Shown in pieces: positions 25,225-36,204 of a DNA stretch of 64,000 nt. Below the pieces are notes generated by a model that did no database searches, was not told where the DNA came from, and saw nothing but the letters and a program-made list of their open reading frames with translations. Position 1 is the stretch's first letter. The number at the start of each line of letters is the position of its first letter. Position numbers and translations under genes: made by a program. The stretch is from Perkinsela sp. CCAP 1560/9 (lineage: Eukaryota > Protista > Euglenozoa: Kinetoplastea). The DNA lies in NCBI GenBank assembly GCA_965644495.1, contig CBFFSA010000005.1, positions 496,001 through 560,000 of the forward strand. Direction: 5' to 3'.

Positions 25225-25695
25225 ATGATCTCCTGCAGTGATTGTGGACAACAAAGTCGTTCCTCAAAGGTCAAAGGAACACAACTTCCTCAGGAATTTC
25301 ACCTTATGAAACTCATAGCTAATATGTCGAACTTACATTCCACTTGGAAGCCAGATGTTCCTTTGGCCGAGTGGGAAGGTATCACACTTGATGCGAAAGG
25401 AAATGTAATACAAATTATTTGGAGGAGTATGGGGCTTGGTGGTACTCTTAATTGGTCACATATTCCTCATACTGTGCGTGAAATTAAAATTGGTGGCAAT
25501 AAATTGGAAGGTCGACTCGATTTAACATGTCTACCTTCCTGTCTGCAGCGCTTGGACGTTGATGGGAATCGCTTCTTGGGGCCAACTGATTTCAGCATGT
25601 TGCCAGAGAGTCTTATGTTTCTACATATTGATGCTGAATTATCTTCCCTCGATGGATCAGTTCCACATTGTGTCACATATTGCTTTGGCAATTAG
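25225..25695 (+). CDS. Short leucine-rich repeat protein (same family)
   Basis: KVKGTQLPQEFHL N-terminal motif, WEGI cap and 3-4 LRRs. Probable start is ATG 25225. Confidence 0.75.
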   Translation: MISCSDCGQQSRSSKVKGTQLPQEFHLMKLIANMSNLHSTWKPDVPLAEWEGITLDAKGNVIQIIWRSMGLGGTLNWSHIPHTVREIKIGGNKLEGRLDLTCLPSCLQRLDVDGNRFLGPTDFSMLPESLMFLHIDAELSSLDGSVPHCVTYCFGN

Positions 25696-25901
25696 TCAAG
25701 ATGGACTAGTATAAATTGTCTAGTTTAAATTATTCTGCATTCTTTGCCATGTAAAAAAACATAGATTATAGAGTAATATGCATTACCTTTTTATAGAGTA
25801 ATATGCATTAGCGCAATTAATTGACAGATTTTTTGGTCAGAAATACACTGTAAGTTATTCTACTGATGCCGCTAATTTGGTTTATTGCGGTGGTTGTATA
25901 A

Positions 25902-26614
25902 GAGGGCTGAAACCACCTGGGTTTGCCTGGGTTTGCTCATTTTCAATATTGTACAGTGCTTTCAAGATATCTTCCCCCTTGCGGAAATTTGTTTTTTTTG
26001 TCTGTTTTTTTCTCATTTTTGCAGCATTGAATAGATCTCGTTCCCCTGGTGAATAGCTTTGCCGCCTTGTTTATGTAGGGCCCCCCTGGTTCCCCCTGGG
26101 TCCAAAATACTTGGTTTCCGGGGGTCATATTTCTGAAACACATCATTTCTTCTCGCTTTTTTTGTCGATTTATGCTTTGTCAAAATATTTTATCTCGCAT
26201 TTTAGCTTGTTTTCATTGTGTTTGATAGATCTCGTTCCTAGCAAATGCCTTTGTTCCTTTTTTTTATTTGATGGAGAAATTTTGCCACCACCCGGTGTCC
26301 AACCGGAAGGCTTTTCTTGATCGAGTGAGCCGGCCACCTTCCAGTGGCAAGATGAATGAGTGTTTCCATTCACGCACTCAGGGGAGACACCCCATTACAG
26401 GGTACTCGCTCCCTACACGCTCCCTGCACCCCCAACCTGGACCCGGCTTCGCCTCCCCTATAGCTTCCATATATCCCCCTGGAACCCCCTAGACCCCCCA
26501 CCCGGATTCTCCAGCGAACTCCATAGCCGAAAAAACGCCAAGTACCTTTGCCATCGGTTTTTTTGGGACCTGACTGGGTTTGCCTGGGTTTGCATTTTAC
26601 TGGTTTCAGCCCTC
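25902..26614. mobile_element. PIF/Harbinger-type MITE inserted into the end of a family-A copy
   Basis: TIRs gagggctgaaacca / tggtttcagccctc with TSD taa. It splits gcggtggttgta-taa-ctaccgctc. Confidence 0.8.
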
Positions 26615-28609
26615 TAACTACCGCTCTACCCTTTCTTATTGCAAAAAAAGTGAACAAAAACAGTGAAAATATAAAGAGGAACACAGTAATAAAGAAGAAT
26701 TTATAATAGAAGAAAAAAATACTAAAGGGGGTCCCAGTGGTCCAAAACTGAAAAACAAAATTGAAAAAAATGGGAGGTCCAGGGGGGAGGGGCACACGTC
26801 GTTTTTTGAAATGTTCAAAATCTTGATTTTCGAAATCAAGCCCTGGAAAGTGGTAGAGTATGCCGCGGCGATAATTTTCCACCCCCCCACCTGGGGGTGA
26901 CCCCTCCTGGTATGCGCAGGAGGGGTCCGACAAGTTCGAAAATTCCGAAATTTTATGACCCAAAAAAAAGTGAAAACAAGGTTTTTCCAAAATCGATTCC
27001 TAAGTCGCATTTTGAGAGTTTCGGATCTCAGCTAGGTGCACTGCCTACCCCTACTGGTAATGCATCAAACACGGCCCTAATTTGGGGTAAAATTTCGCAT
27101 TTTTCGCCCAAAAATCGGGCTTTTTTACCCAAAAGGTAGATTGATGAAAAAATAGATTATTCATTAGCTTTTAGCAATTTTTCTTTTTTAGGCTTCGTTA
27201 AACGCTGTGGTAGTTTTCAACGCAAAGCGCCCAGCAGTGATGCCTTCTAAGTTGAAAACAACCACCGCGTTTAACGAAGCGACTAAAAAAGAAAAATTAT
27301 TTCTTAATAAATCTTATTTATCTATTTATTAAATAGAGATTTATCCATTTATTAAATATCTATTTGTTAAATAAAGATCAAAATACCGTCAAAGTACTTA
27401 TTAACAGAATAAAAATCATTGGAATAAAAATTAACGGAATAATTATTAACGGAATAATTATTTTCTTTAAGATTTTCACCAAAATCTTCCCAAACATTTT
27501 AGTCAGTGGGCGGTCTGTTCATCAACAAAATTCGAAGTATTTCTCTTCTGAAGAAAAAAAGCGACGTTACCGCGAAAAGATGAATCGATTAAGACGTATC
27601 AGCAGAACTTTTCCCTTGACGCTTAAAGTTTTGTAGAAATTTAGTAAAAATCATTGGAATAATAATTAACGGAATAATTTCTGCCCAAAAAAAGCATTCC
27701 GTTAATTACTATTATTGGGGTGGGTGTAAAACTACCGCTTTGCACTCGATTATTGAAAAAAAAGTGAACAAAAACAGTGAAAATATAAAGAGGAACACAG
27801 TAATATAATAGAAGAAAAAAATATAAAAGGGGGCTCCGGTGGTCCAAAACTGAAAAAAAAATTTGAAAAAAATGGGGGGTCCATGGGGGGGGTCCAGGGG
27901 GGGGGGTCCGGGGGGGGGGTCCAGGGGGGTCATGGTCGAGCAAGTTTTTTCGAAAAAATTAGTTTTCGAAAAAACACCGCAGAAAGGGTAGCCGGGGTCT
28001 TGGCGCGCATTTTCCACCCCCCTACCCCGGGGTGATCCCCCCGCGTATCCGCAGGACGGGTCCGCCAAGTTCGGATTTTTTCGGAAAAAAAAATTTGAAA
28101 AAAATTTCAACTTGGCGAAAAAAATGGCAAAAAAAATATTTTTCCAAAATCGTTTCCCCTATTGTATTTTGATAGTTTGGGACCTACACTAGCCTTCTCC
28201 GCAGTTGTTTTCGCAAGGTATCCCTTCTTCGAACCGTGGTGCGCCCCTCAAAATGACCCATTTTTGACTAAAAAAGGTGAAAAAGTATTTTTCGGACCTA
28301 AAGGGGCATTTTAGTGTCGAAAGAATGGTATGGTTGGAGTCGCATTCTCTACCCAATACGTTTGGTAGGCTTCCATTCATGCCTACGAGTGATTTCCCAC
28401 GCGCAAATGTCGGATTTAGTGCTCTGACAGCAAAAATACGCGAAAATCACCCCGAAATTCGGCTATTTTTGGCTATAATCTTTCCGTTTTCCAGGCTAAA
28501 TTTTCTTTTTTAGGCTCTTCTTTAAACGCGGCGGTAGTTTTCAACGCGAAGCGCGCAGCATGAGTGACTTCTAAGTTGAAAACAACCACCGCGTTTAACG
28601 AAGAGCCTA
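26615..28609 (-). repeat. Family-A copies (diverged 26615-27285; conserved 27714-28609) and segment B
   Basis: Reverse-complement match to 5588-6559 and 17100-17900. Confidence 0.85.
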
Positions 28610-28779
28610 AAAAAGAATTGCGGTCAATGTGCAGTAAATATTGTTAATAAGTACTTTGACGGTAGATATTAAATTTTAATATCTATTTGATCTTTATTTG
28701 TTTATTTTATCTATTTAATCTTAATAAACTTTTTCTTAATAAATGTTAGTTCGTCAACGGTATTTTATGTACTTGTAAA

Positions 28780-31188
28780 ATGGTGCAGATCGATGCAGGC
28801 GATCTGGGTGAGGAAAAAGAAATCATGCATTCATCTTGCAAGCTTACAACAGAAAGCTCATGTCTAAATGAATCACTTTTAGACTCGGAAGATGATTTCG
28901 TACTAAAAGAATGCGACAATGCTCTAAGTGATGTTCAACCAGATAATCCTGTTCTTGTGTCTGAGGCACCAACACTAGCTAAGGAGACGTATGCAGAATT
29001 GCAAGATTTGCTTCATAAGACAAGTTTATTTTCAGATTTTGTATCTTCGCAAACGGGACGGTGGCGAGAAACCTTGCTATCCCGAGATAACAGGGTTGGA
29101 AGAGGTGAACATTTTGGTGATGGTAAAATAGATCAACTCGATAATGTGCAACAACCGCGTCTTTTGAGTGGAGGAAAAATACATGCATACCAATTGTATG
29201 CTGTACAGTGGCTAATGTCGCTTTATCTTAATGGAATGAATGGAATTCTTGCGGATGAAATGGGTTTGGGCAAAACCATTACACTCATTGCATATCTTTC
29301 AGAATTATGGGATCATGGAATTCACGGTCCTCATCTCATCGTTGTTCCCAAGACTACGCTTACGAACTGGGTAAACGAGTTTGAAAAATGGGCTCCGTCT
29401 CTCCGCGTTGTGTGCTACACTGGTCATAAGGAGCCACGGAGACGCATCCGGAAATATCTTCGCTCAAAGACCACAAAATTTTCTAATGAAATTTCTCGTG
29501 GATTTATTCTTTTGACAAGCTACTCATTGATCCTACATGACAAAAGTTTCTTTCAGCGATATCAATGGTCCGTGCTTAGCGTCGACGAAGCTCACCGATT
29601 AAAGCGTTTTGATTGTTTGCTTATTCGAGAATTACGAGACTTGAAAACTGAAAATCGTGTCCTTCTAACGGGAACGCCGTTGCAAAACAAGCTATCTGAG
29701 CTTTGGTCCATTCTTAATTTCGTAATGCCCGAAGTTTTTCCGACTCTTCAGAAGTTTGGTGAATGGTTTATGGTGGACAATTTAGAAGATTATTCAGAGG
29801 ACAAGGTATATGCAACAGTTTTACATAGTACACAACAGCGCGAGGCAATGACACGCATGCATCATATACTAAAACCCTTCGTGCTGAGGCGTTTGAAGTC
29901 TCAGCTAGGTATTTCGTTACCTCCTAAGACAGAGTTAGTTTTGAGGTGTCCCTTCACCACATTTCAAGAAGCATGTTACCGCGCAGTGGCCAGGAGAGGT
30001 GATTCTTTACGTGGGAAAGCAGGTAAACTCGGTTCCATGCCATCTCCGAAAGGTGGCAATTTGAGTAGCATGTCGAAAATTCGGTCATGTTCTCTGGAAT
30101 CTCTCAACAATACACTTGTTCATTTGCGAAAGGTATGCGCTCACCCTTTTCTTTTTCCTTCTTTTGTTCAAGAGGCCAATAAGATGCAGATTGGTGGGAT
30201 GATAGTGGAACATTTTAACCCAAGGAGGAGTACGATGAATAACCTCAAGAAAATGTGGACATTAGACTCCATGTTTCAGACCTGTGGAAAACTTCAAGTG
30301 TTTCACGAAATAGTATGCCACTTACGCAAGGAAAATCACAAAGTAGTAGTTTTTTCGCAACTTACTAGCGTACTCGACGTTCTCTGTAAGTACTATGAGC
30401 TGACACAAAGCCTTTCATCTGTTTTACGCCTAGATGGCAGAACGAGTTTGGAGCAACGTTCTCTAGCAATATCCAAATTCCAGACGGATGCTTGCTTTTC
30501 AACCATATTGATTAGTACTCGCGCAGGAGGTGTTGGAATTAATTTACAAGCAGCAGATACAGTAATACTATATGACAGTGACTTCAATCCGCAGAACGAT
30601 ATGCAGGCGATCGACCGCTGCCACCGCATCGGACAAAAAAATCACGTTGTGGTATATCGTCTTATCATGGAAGATAGCGTAGAAGAGTACATTATCGCTC
30701 GTGGGGAGCAAAAGTTGCGTCGAAATGGTTTAATCCTAGACGCGGGAAGACTGCAACCAAATTTGAGCAAGACACGGAAGACTTCATCATCTGAAGAAAA
30801 CGTTGGTGAGGTAGATGCCAACGATATAACTCTATCGTTGGGAGCCCGCGCTTCACAAATAGTAAGTCGCAGCGAGAGTCAAACAATTGATCAGACTTTC
30901 CCAACGAAGTCGTCTTCATTTGAGGATTCTAGAACAGTTACTGATCCGCATTACTCTCGAGATGAACTCCAGGACATTCTACATCGTCGAATTGGTGATC
31001 ACATTGCTCATCTAGGTGCGGAAGATTTCTTGGAAGATTCGTCTCCTGTTCAAAAACCTTTGAAGTCTAGTCAGCTTGGAAATAATGTTCCGCCTTCGAA
31101 AAATGCGAATATACAAAGTAGTGTAGCAACACCAAAATGGAAATCAGCTTTGCATAATATTCTGAATGAAAGTAGAAAGGCTGGCTAG
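28780..31188 (+). CDS. SNF2-family chromatin remodeller, HELLS/LSH/DDM1-like
   Basis: NGILADEMGLGKT, DEAH, LLTGTPLQN, STRAGGVGINL, QAIDRCHRIGQ. The N-terminal LQDLLHKTSLFSDFV helix and QQPRLLSGG resemble LSH/DDM1. Confidence 0.8.
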   Translation: MVQIDAGDLGEEKEIMHSSCKLTTESSCLNESLLDSEDDFVLKECDNALSDVQPDNPVLVSEAPTLAKETYAELQDLLHKTSLFSDFVSSQTGRWRETLLSRDNRVGRGEHFGDGKIDQLDNVQQPRLLSGGKIHAYQLYAVQWLMSLYLNGMNGILADEMGLGKTITLIAYLSELWDHGIHGPHLIVVPKTTLTNWVNEFEKWAPSLRVVCYTGHKEPRRRIRKYLRSKTTKFSNEISRGFILLTSYSLILHDKSFFQRYQWSVLSVDEAHRLKRFDCLLIRELRDLKTENRVLLTGTPLQNKLSELWSILNFVMPEVFPTLQKFGEWFMVDNLEDYSEDKVYATVLHSTQQREAMTRMHHILKPFVLRRLKSQLGISLPPKTELVLRCPFTTFQEACYRAVARRGDSLRGKAGKLGSMPSPKGGNLSSMSKIRSCSLESLNNTLVHLRKVCAHPFLFPSFVQEANKMQIGGMIVEHFNPRRSTMNNLKKMWTLDSMFQTCGKLQVFHEIVCHLRKENHKVVVFSQLTSVLDVLCKYYELTQSLSSVLRLDGRTSLEQRSLAISKFQTDACFSTILISTRAGGVGINLQAADTVILYDSDFNPQNDMQAIDRCHRIGQKNHVVVYRLIMEDSVEEYIIARGEQKLRRNGLILDAGRLQPNLSKTRKTSSSEENVGEVDANDITLSLGARASQIVSRSESQTIDQTFPTKSSSFEDSRTVTDPHYSRDELQDILHRRIGDHIAHLGAEDFLEDSSPVQKPLKSSQLGNNVPPSKNANIQSSVATPKWKSALHNILNESRKAG

Positions 31189-31240
31189 TATCCCTTCTTA
31201 CATCTACAAGTGTATCTCTTTGCTCTGCTATTGTCAAGTA

Positions 31241-31540
31241 CCGTATACCCCCCCCCAGTAAGAGAGATTTGGCCCTTTTGGGGCTGACCCCCAGTAAGAG
31301 AGATTTTTCTCGGGAGCCCCACAGGGGGCGTATAGGGGGTAGGGGGTGGGTGTCTGCATGTTGGGGGCCTCGGGGGTAACCCGAAAAAGCGTTTTAACAC
31401 GTTTTCAGAAGAAAAAATATAAAAAATAGTCAAAAAAGTTGGGAGAAAAGAGTAAACTGGCCAAAAAAGCATACCCCCCCAGTAAGAGAGATTTGGCCAT
31501 TTCGACCCAAAACCCATTCTCTTACTGGGGGGGTATACGG
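31241..31540. mobile_element. MITE, ccgta-TIR family
   Basis: TA-ccgtatacccccccagtaaga / tcttactgggggggtatacgg-TA. Related to 23122-23443 and to fragments at 12780-12855 and 23977-24150. Confidence 0.8.
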
Positions 31541-31574
31541 TAGTGACAATCTATTTTATAATAGCGAAATATTT

Positions 31575-32041
31575 TGAGCACAAAGAGTAGAACCTATTTA
31601 GAACATACCCAGAGGATCATGCAGATCCTCCCCTAGAAATGTTGGAACTTTGGGAACGCGCCCAAAAAGCGTGGCAGACCTTCCTCCGAGTGCATGTCTT
31701 CCTCTTGTCCGCAACATGCCCCGTCGTTTAAGGGCAGTAATTAGGGCGAAGGGGGGACTTACGAAGTATTAAGTTTTGGTCATTTTGGTTTGGTAAGGGT
31801 GAAGTAAGACAAAGTTTTGGTCAAAAAAAATAATCTCAAAAAAGTGTTCAAGTGTTGGGCTCGCATTATATCTTTCATAGTTTTTTATAGTAATATCGTT
31901 GATGAAGTCTACGTGGGAATGTAAGCACTACTCCAGCCTACACTACTGTAATATACTACTGCATTATCCTCTGCATCTCTTTTGTAAAATATTAAAACAT
32001 TAAAATTTGTGAAAACTTTTGAACACTTTCGTTAGTTACTG
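31575..32041 (+). pseudogene. Tc1-like transposase 3' remnant with right TIR
   Basis: LELWERAQKAW / frameshift / LVRNMPRRLRAVIRAKGGLTKY* (stop 31770-31772) is the typical Tc1 C-terminus. The element ends ...ttagttactg-TA. Confidence 0.85.
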
Positions 32042-32161
32042 TAAGCATAGAAGAACGCAAACTACTTTTAAACATGCAACTTGTATATTTTAAAGTCAAA
32101 ATGCATAATTTTTTCTAAGCACACGTATTTTAAAGCGTGATGTCGTAATGTATTTATCGAG

Positions 32162-32506
32162 ATGCGAGAGAACACCTCTTGGGAACTTTTTTGGAATGTT
32201 TGGGCGAGTGTAACAGGTTACAGCGTTGCTATTTGCTCAATAATTTATCTTGTGTTTGGGATCTTATCTACGCGCCAGAGGATTCCAGAAGACGCGAGAT
32301 GGGCTTCATTACCGTTGCTATATGCTGCGTGGGGAGCAATCTTTTCTTTCCTTGGTGTGAGCGTTATTGCTGCCGCCATTGGCACAGCCTACGTTGCACT
32401 CCACGAAACTATGACTATCATAGAGCTCTCCGTATACGTGAGTAGCTTTGTTATTACATTTCTCTATTTTGGTTCAGGCGATATTCCTGTGTTATACGCT
32501 ATGTAG
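32162..32506 (+). CDS. Small membrane protein, TMEM170-like
   Basis: 114 aa with three hydrophobic segments. The WELFWNVW..AAAIGTAY..MTIIE pattern resembles TMEM170. Confidence 0.6.
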   Translation: MRENTSWELFWNVWASVTGYSVAICSIIYLVFGILSTRQRIPEDARWASLPLLYAAWGAIFSFLGVSVIAAAIGTAYVALHETMTIIELSVYVSSFVITFLYFGSGDIPVLYAM

Positions 32507-32876
32507 AACGATCTTCTGTGGCAGATCGATTGCATAAAATTGAATCGCACATCCCGGCTTCTCAACATTTCCTACTGCGTAGTAGACTCAAGCGTTTTCC
32601 TTCCTCCATATCGATAGTAAAACTATTGTTGAGATGAATCAAGTATTGTCAACCCTTTTAAGTGGCGCTGAGCTAATTATAATATTATTCATACTTTTTT
32701 CACATCATATTCATTCTTTAGCTATAAACTTGATCATTCTTTTACAGTGTAAAACAATCTTAATCATTGGTTACAGTTAAAAATAGAATCATTTGAATAA
32801 TGAATTTGTATTCTCTAAAAGAGTTTTTATCTAAGTTTCCCTAAAAGAAATTATTTTATCTAAGTGGTCGTCTTTA

Positions 32877-35726
32877 ATGGTCCTTTCTGAATATTCTTTG
32901 AGGAGTGTTTGTGGCACTGTCTACTCTAAGGGAAATATATTATTTAATCAGCTGGGGACTTCACTTTTTACAGCTGCGGGCAACCGTATTGTACGTCACA
33001 ACCTCGCCTCTGAAGAATGTCTTACATACTCTTGGTCAACGTATCACGATATTCAATGCTTCGATATTTCGTCGGACCAAATTCTTCTATTTTGTGTCGA
33101 CGAAAAAGGTATAGGAATGTTTGCCAATCTTTTCGCCGATGTTGCTTTAGAGACTATCATGCTTCCACGAGAGACCACTTGTGTAAAATTTTCTCATGGG
33201 ACGGTTGAGACATATATTTCCAGTAATCAGACTAATCAAAGTGATAGCTCAAGGAGTCTTCAAGAAGACCTTCTTGTTGTGGTAGCCTCTCCGAATGAGA
33301 TACAAATTCTTAGCACCCCACAAGGAGGAATACTACATTACAAATCCATCAAGATTCTCACCCGATATCGCAATGTCATCAGTGGGGAGATCAATGCTCT
33401 ACGATGGGCGCAGGATAACTCTCACGTACTCTGTGCCGGCGCTGACAGCACAGTGCGTCTGCTTCCAACATTAAAAGTGTGGAATACTCAAACACATCGA
33501 ACCGTTGCGACGACGCTCGCTGGACCTCGCGCAGGTGTTGTCGGGGCCTTTTTTACTACCACAGACTCAACACAAATACTAGCTATCAGTCGTGAGCGTC
33601 AAATTACAATGTGGCGGTTGAATGAGGAAATTTCTGCCAACGAGAAGCTACACTGGCATCACGGCGCTCAGTTAGAAATTGAAGCACGCACAAAGGCTGT
33701 TTTTGAAACAGAAGAACGTATGGATAACGATAAGGAAATTGTTGACCACGAGAGCAAAAATAAGGATGAAGACGTGGCCGAGGAGATATTGGATAGTCAG
33801 TTTTATAAACAAGATACTGATTTGCGTGACCGTATGCTTTTTCTGTCTTCTCATACCTGGGACGAAGAGAAGCGTGAGCAACTTGCAGGTTCCGGCAAGG
33901 TTGGGTGTGCTGATTTTAATATAAGTCAAGGTATTCTTGTTTGTGGTTTTACGGAAGGAACCTTTGCGGTATGTGTCACAAAGCCTGAATTTGCTATACT
34001 ACACACTCTTTCCGCAACTGCACAACAAATCACCGGGATAATATTAAGCCCTTCGGGAAACTGGATTGCTCTTGCCAGCTCGCGTCTTCACCAGCTTCTG
34101 GTATGGGAGTGGAAAACAGAGACTCATATTTGGCGTCATCAATCTCACTACAGTGACATTGATTGTGTATGCTACAACAGTGATGGCACTTTGCTAGTGA
34201 CCGGTGGGGAAGACGGGAAGATCAAGGTATGGCGCTCCGACTCAGGTCAATGCGTGGGAACGTTTCCTGCACACCATGGGGCGGTGCTTGGGCTTGTCGC
34301 GAACACGGCCAACGCGGTGTACAGTGCTTCCCGAGACGGTACGTTACGTGGATTTGATCTTCACCGACTGAAGGAGTTCCGAACGTTGACACCCCCACGT
34401 CGTTCTCAACTTTCTTGCCTCGCGCTCGATCCCAGTGGGGAGCTCTTGGCGGCCGGCACAATGGATACGGGGCATATCTACCTCTGGGCTACTCAGACGG
34501 GTCGTTTTCTGGATGAGTTTACTGGACATACGGCATACTGCGCCCACATAGCCTTTCACCCGAAAGGGACGTTCATGGCATCCGTAAGTTGGGACAAAAG
34601 CGTGCGGATGTACGACCTTTTTGGCGTCGATGAGAGCTCGGGAGAACGCATACGAGGGAGTGTAGAAAGTCTGACATTAAGCAGTGAGGGTATGTGTGTG
34701 CAATACAGTCCTGATGGAAATTACCTTGTAACATTGGACTACGACAGTAATATGGTTACGTACGATTTAAAGGAGGAGCTTGCTGTAGTGCATTCATGGA
34801 ATGTCCGGTTGGACACTCAAGGAGGGTACGTAAGCACGACCCCGAATCCAAAGTCGACAAACAGCAAGAGGCCATTTACAACTTTCCAATACAGTCCTCG
34901 GGGCGACACGCTTCTTGTTGCTGGGGAATGTAAGTGGGTTTGTCTATACTCTTCCCATGGTGGTTATCTTTTACGCAAGTGGTCTGTGTCCGATAATCGC
35001 TCTTTGGAAGGTCACTTTGAGACTTACGACTGGAGGAAGAACCTTCCCGGGGTATCTGTAAATGAACTGGACGACGAAGACAGCGACGCGGAGGATAGAT
35101 ACCGGAAACTACTAAAACTTCCCGGAGTCAAGAAAGGGACAGTACACAGCGTGGGGAAGCGTTCTACGCAGCGTGTTGCTAGAACTACCGCTTTGGCCTT
35201 TGCTCCGAACGGGAGGGAATGGGTTGCGTCCACCACAGCGGGGGTGCTTGTCTATGCTCTTCCTAAATTTGTAGCACCTCGTTTTCTGCCTCACCACCTG
35301 CGAAGGCATATTACTCCTAAGGATATTACAGAGCTATTAAGAAACGAGCCAAACTACGGCAACGCGCTTCTTCTTGCGTTGCAATTAGGGGAAGGAAATA
35401 TCATACGTAAAGTGCTTTTACTAGTGCCATGCAGCGTTATCGAGATAATTGTCCCCACAATTCCTCAATCCTTGCTATGTGTTCTTCTGCAGCATGTGGC
35501 GGAATTATTGGAAAGTGATTCTAACTACGAACATAATCTAACATGGTGCATGAATATTCTTTATTATCACGGTTCTACTTTTTTGGAACGTTCTAACAGA
35601 GAAACACAGCCTCATATTTCGCACATTTTTAAAGCACTCCGTCAAAAGAGTGACATATTTCGTATTTCTGAAGAAAATAAGAACACGCTTCAATACTTGG
35701 TGTTAGCAGCGTCCATGGAATCGTAA
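32877..35726 (+). CDS. PWP2: Periodic tryptophan protein 2 (UTP1)
   Basis: GTVYSKGNI, QLLVWEWKTE, TGGEDGKIKVW, DGTLRGFDL, AFAPNGREWVASTTAGVLVY. Confidence 0.93.
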   Translation: MVLSEYSLRSVCGTVYSKGNILFNQLGTSLFTAAGNRIVRHNLASEECLTYSWSTYHDIQCFDISSDQILLFCVDEKGIGMFANLFADVALETIMLPRETTCVKFSHGTVETYISSNQTNQSDSSRSLQEDLLVVVASPNEIQILSTPQGGILHYKSIKILTRYRNVISGEINALRWAQDNSHVLCAGADSTVRLLPTLKVWNTQTHRTVATTLAGPRAGVVGAFFTTTDSTQILAISRERQITMWRLNEEISANEKLHWHHGAQLEIEARTKAVFETEERMDNDKEIVDHESKNKDEDVAEEILDSQFYKQDTDLRDRMLFLSSHTWDEEKREQLAGSGKVGCADFNISQGILVCGFTEGTFAVCVTKPEFAILHTLSATAQQITGIILSPSGNWIALASSRLHQLLVWEWKTETHIWRHQSHYSDIDCVCYNSDGTLLVTGGEDGKIKVWRSDSGQCVGTFPAHHGAVLGLVANTANAVYSASRDGTLRGFDLHRLKEFRTLTPPRRSQLSCLALDPSGELLAAGTMDTGHIYLWATQTGRFLDEFTGHTAYCAHIAFHPKGTFMASVSWDKSVRMYDLFGVDESSGERIRGSVESLTLSSEGMCVQYSPDGNYLVTLDYDSNMVTYDLKEELAVVHSWNVRLDTQGGYVSTTPNPKSTNSKRPFTTFQYSPRGDTLLVAGECKWVCLYSSHGGYLLRKWSVSDNRSLEGHFETYDWRKNLPGVSVNELDDEDSDAEDRYRKLLKLPGVKKGTVHSVGKRSTQRVARTTALAFAPNGREWVASTTAGVLVYALPKFVAPRFLPHHLRRHITPKDITELLRNEPNYGNALLLALQLGEGNIIRKVLLLVPCSVIEIIVPTIPQSLLCVLLQHVAELLESDSNYEHNLTWCMNILYYHGSTFLERSNRETQPHISHIFKALRQKSDIFRISEENKNTLQYLVLAASMES

Positions 35727-36204
35727 TCAAAATATACAAACATAATTTTACAAACATAAGAAATAATTTTTCATCAAGGCTTAGAAGAGAGCGTACATTG
35801 TTCACAAGTGAGGGAATATTCCTTTCGATGATGCAACCTTGTTATTTCTTGACGAGATTTTTTTGGCTTAATCATGCTTGCGTAGTACAGTGATTTAGGG
35901 GAATATTGGCATGCTCGGCTTTGGGGTTCCTTGAATTATGAATAAATATTAATCCTTTGTTCTATTATCACAGGGACGATGCTACTTTTGTAAGTTTTTA
36001 CAAAGTTTTAAATCCCCATCAAATAACTCCTGTTTCTTACCAAACTAGCTATCACGGATACAACGTACAAGCATTAAATGAATGCAAACCACGTACTGAT
36101 TTTTTCGTCAACCTTCATATCTCACCATCGCTGCCCCTTGGCACCTGTATCACAACTCATTTTCATGATTCGTAATTTTATGCCCTTGAGGACCACTTTT
36201 GAGC

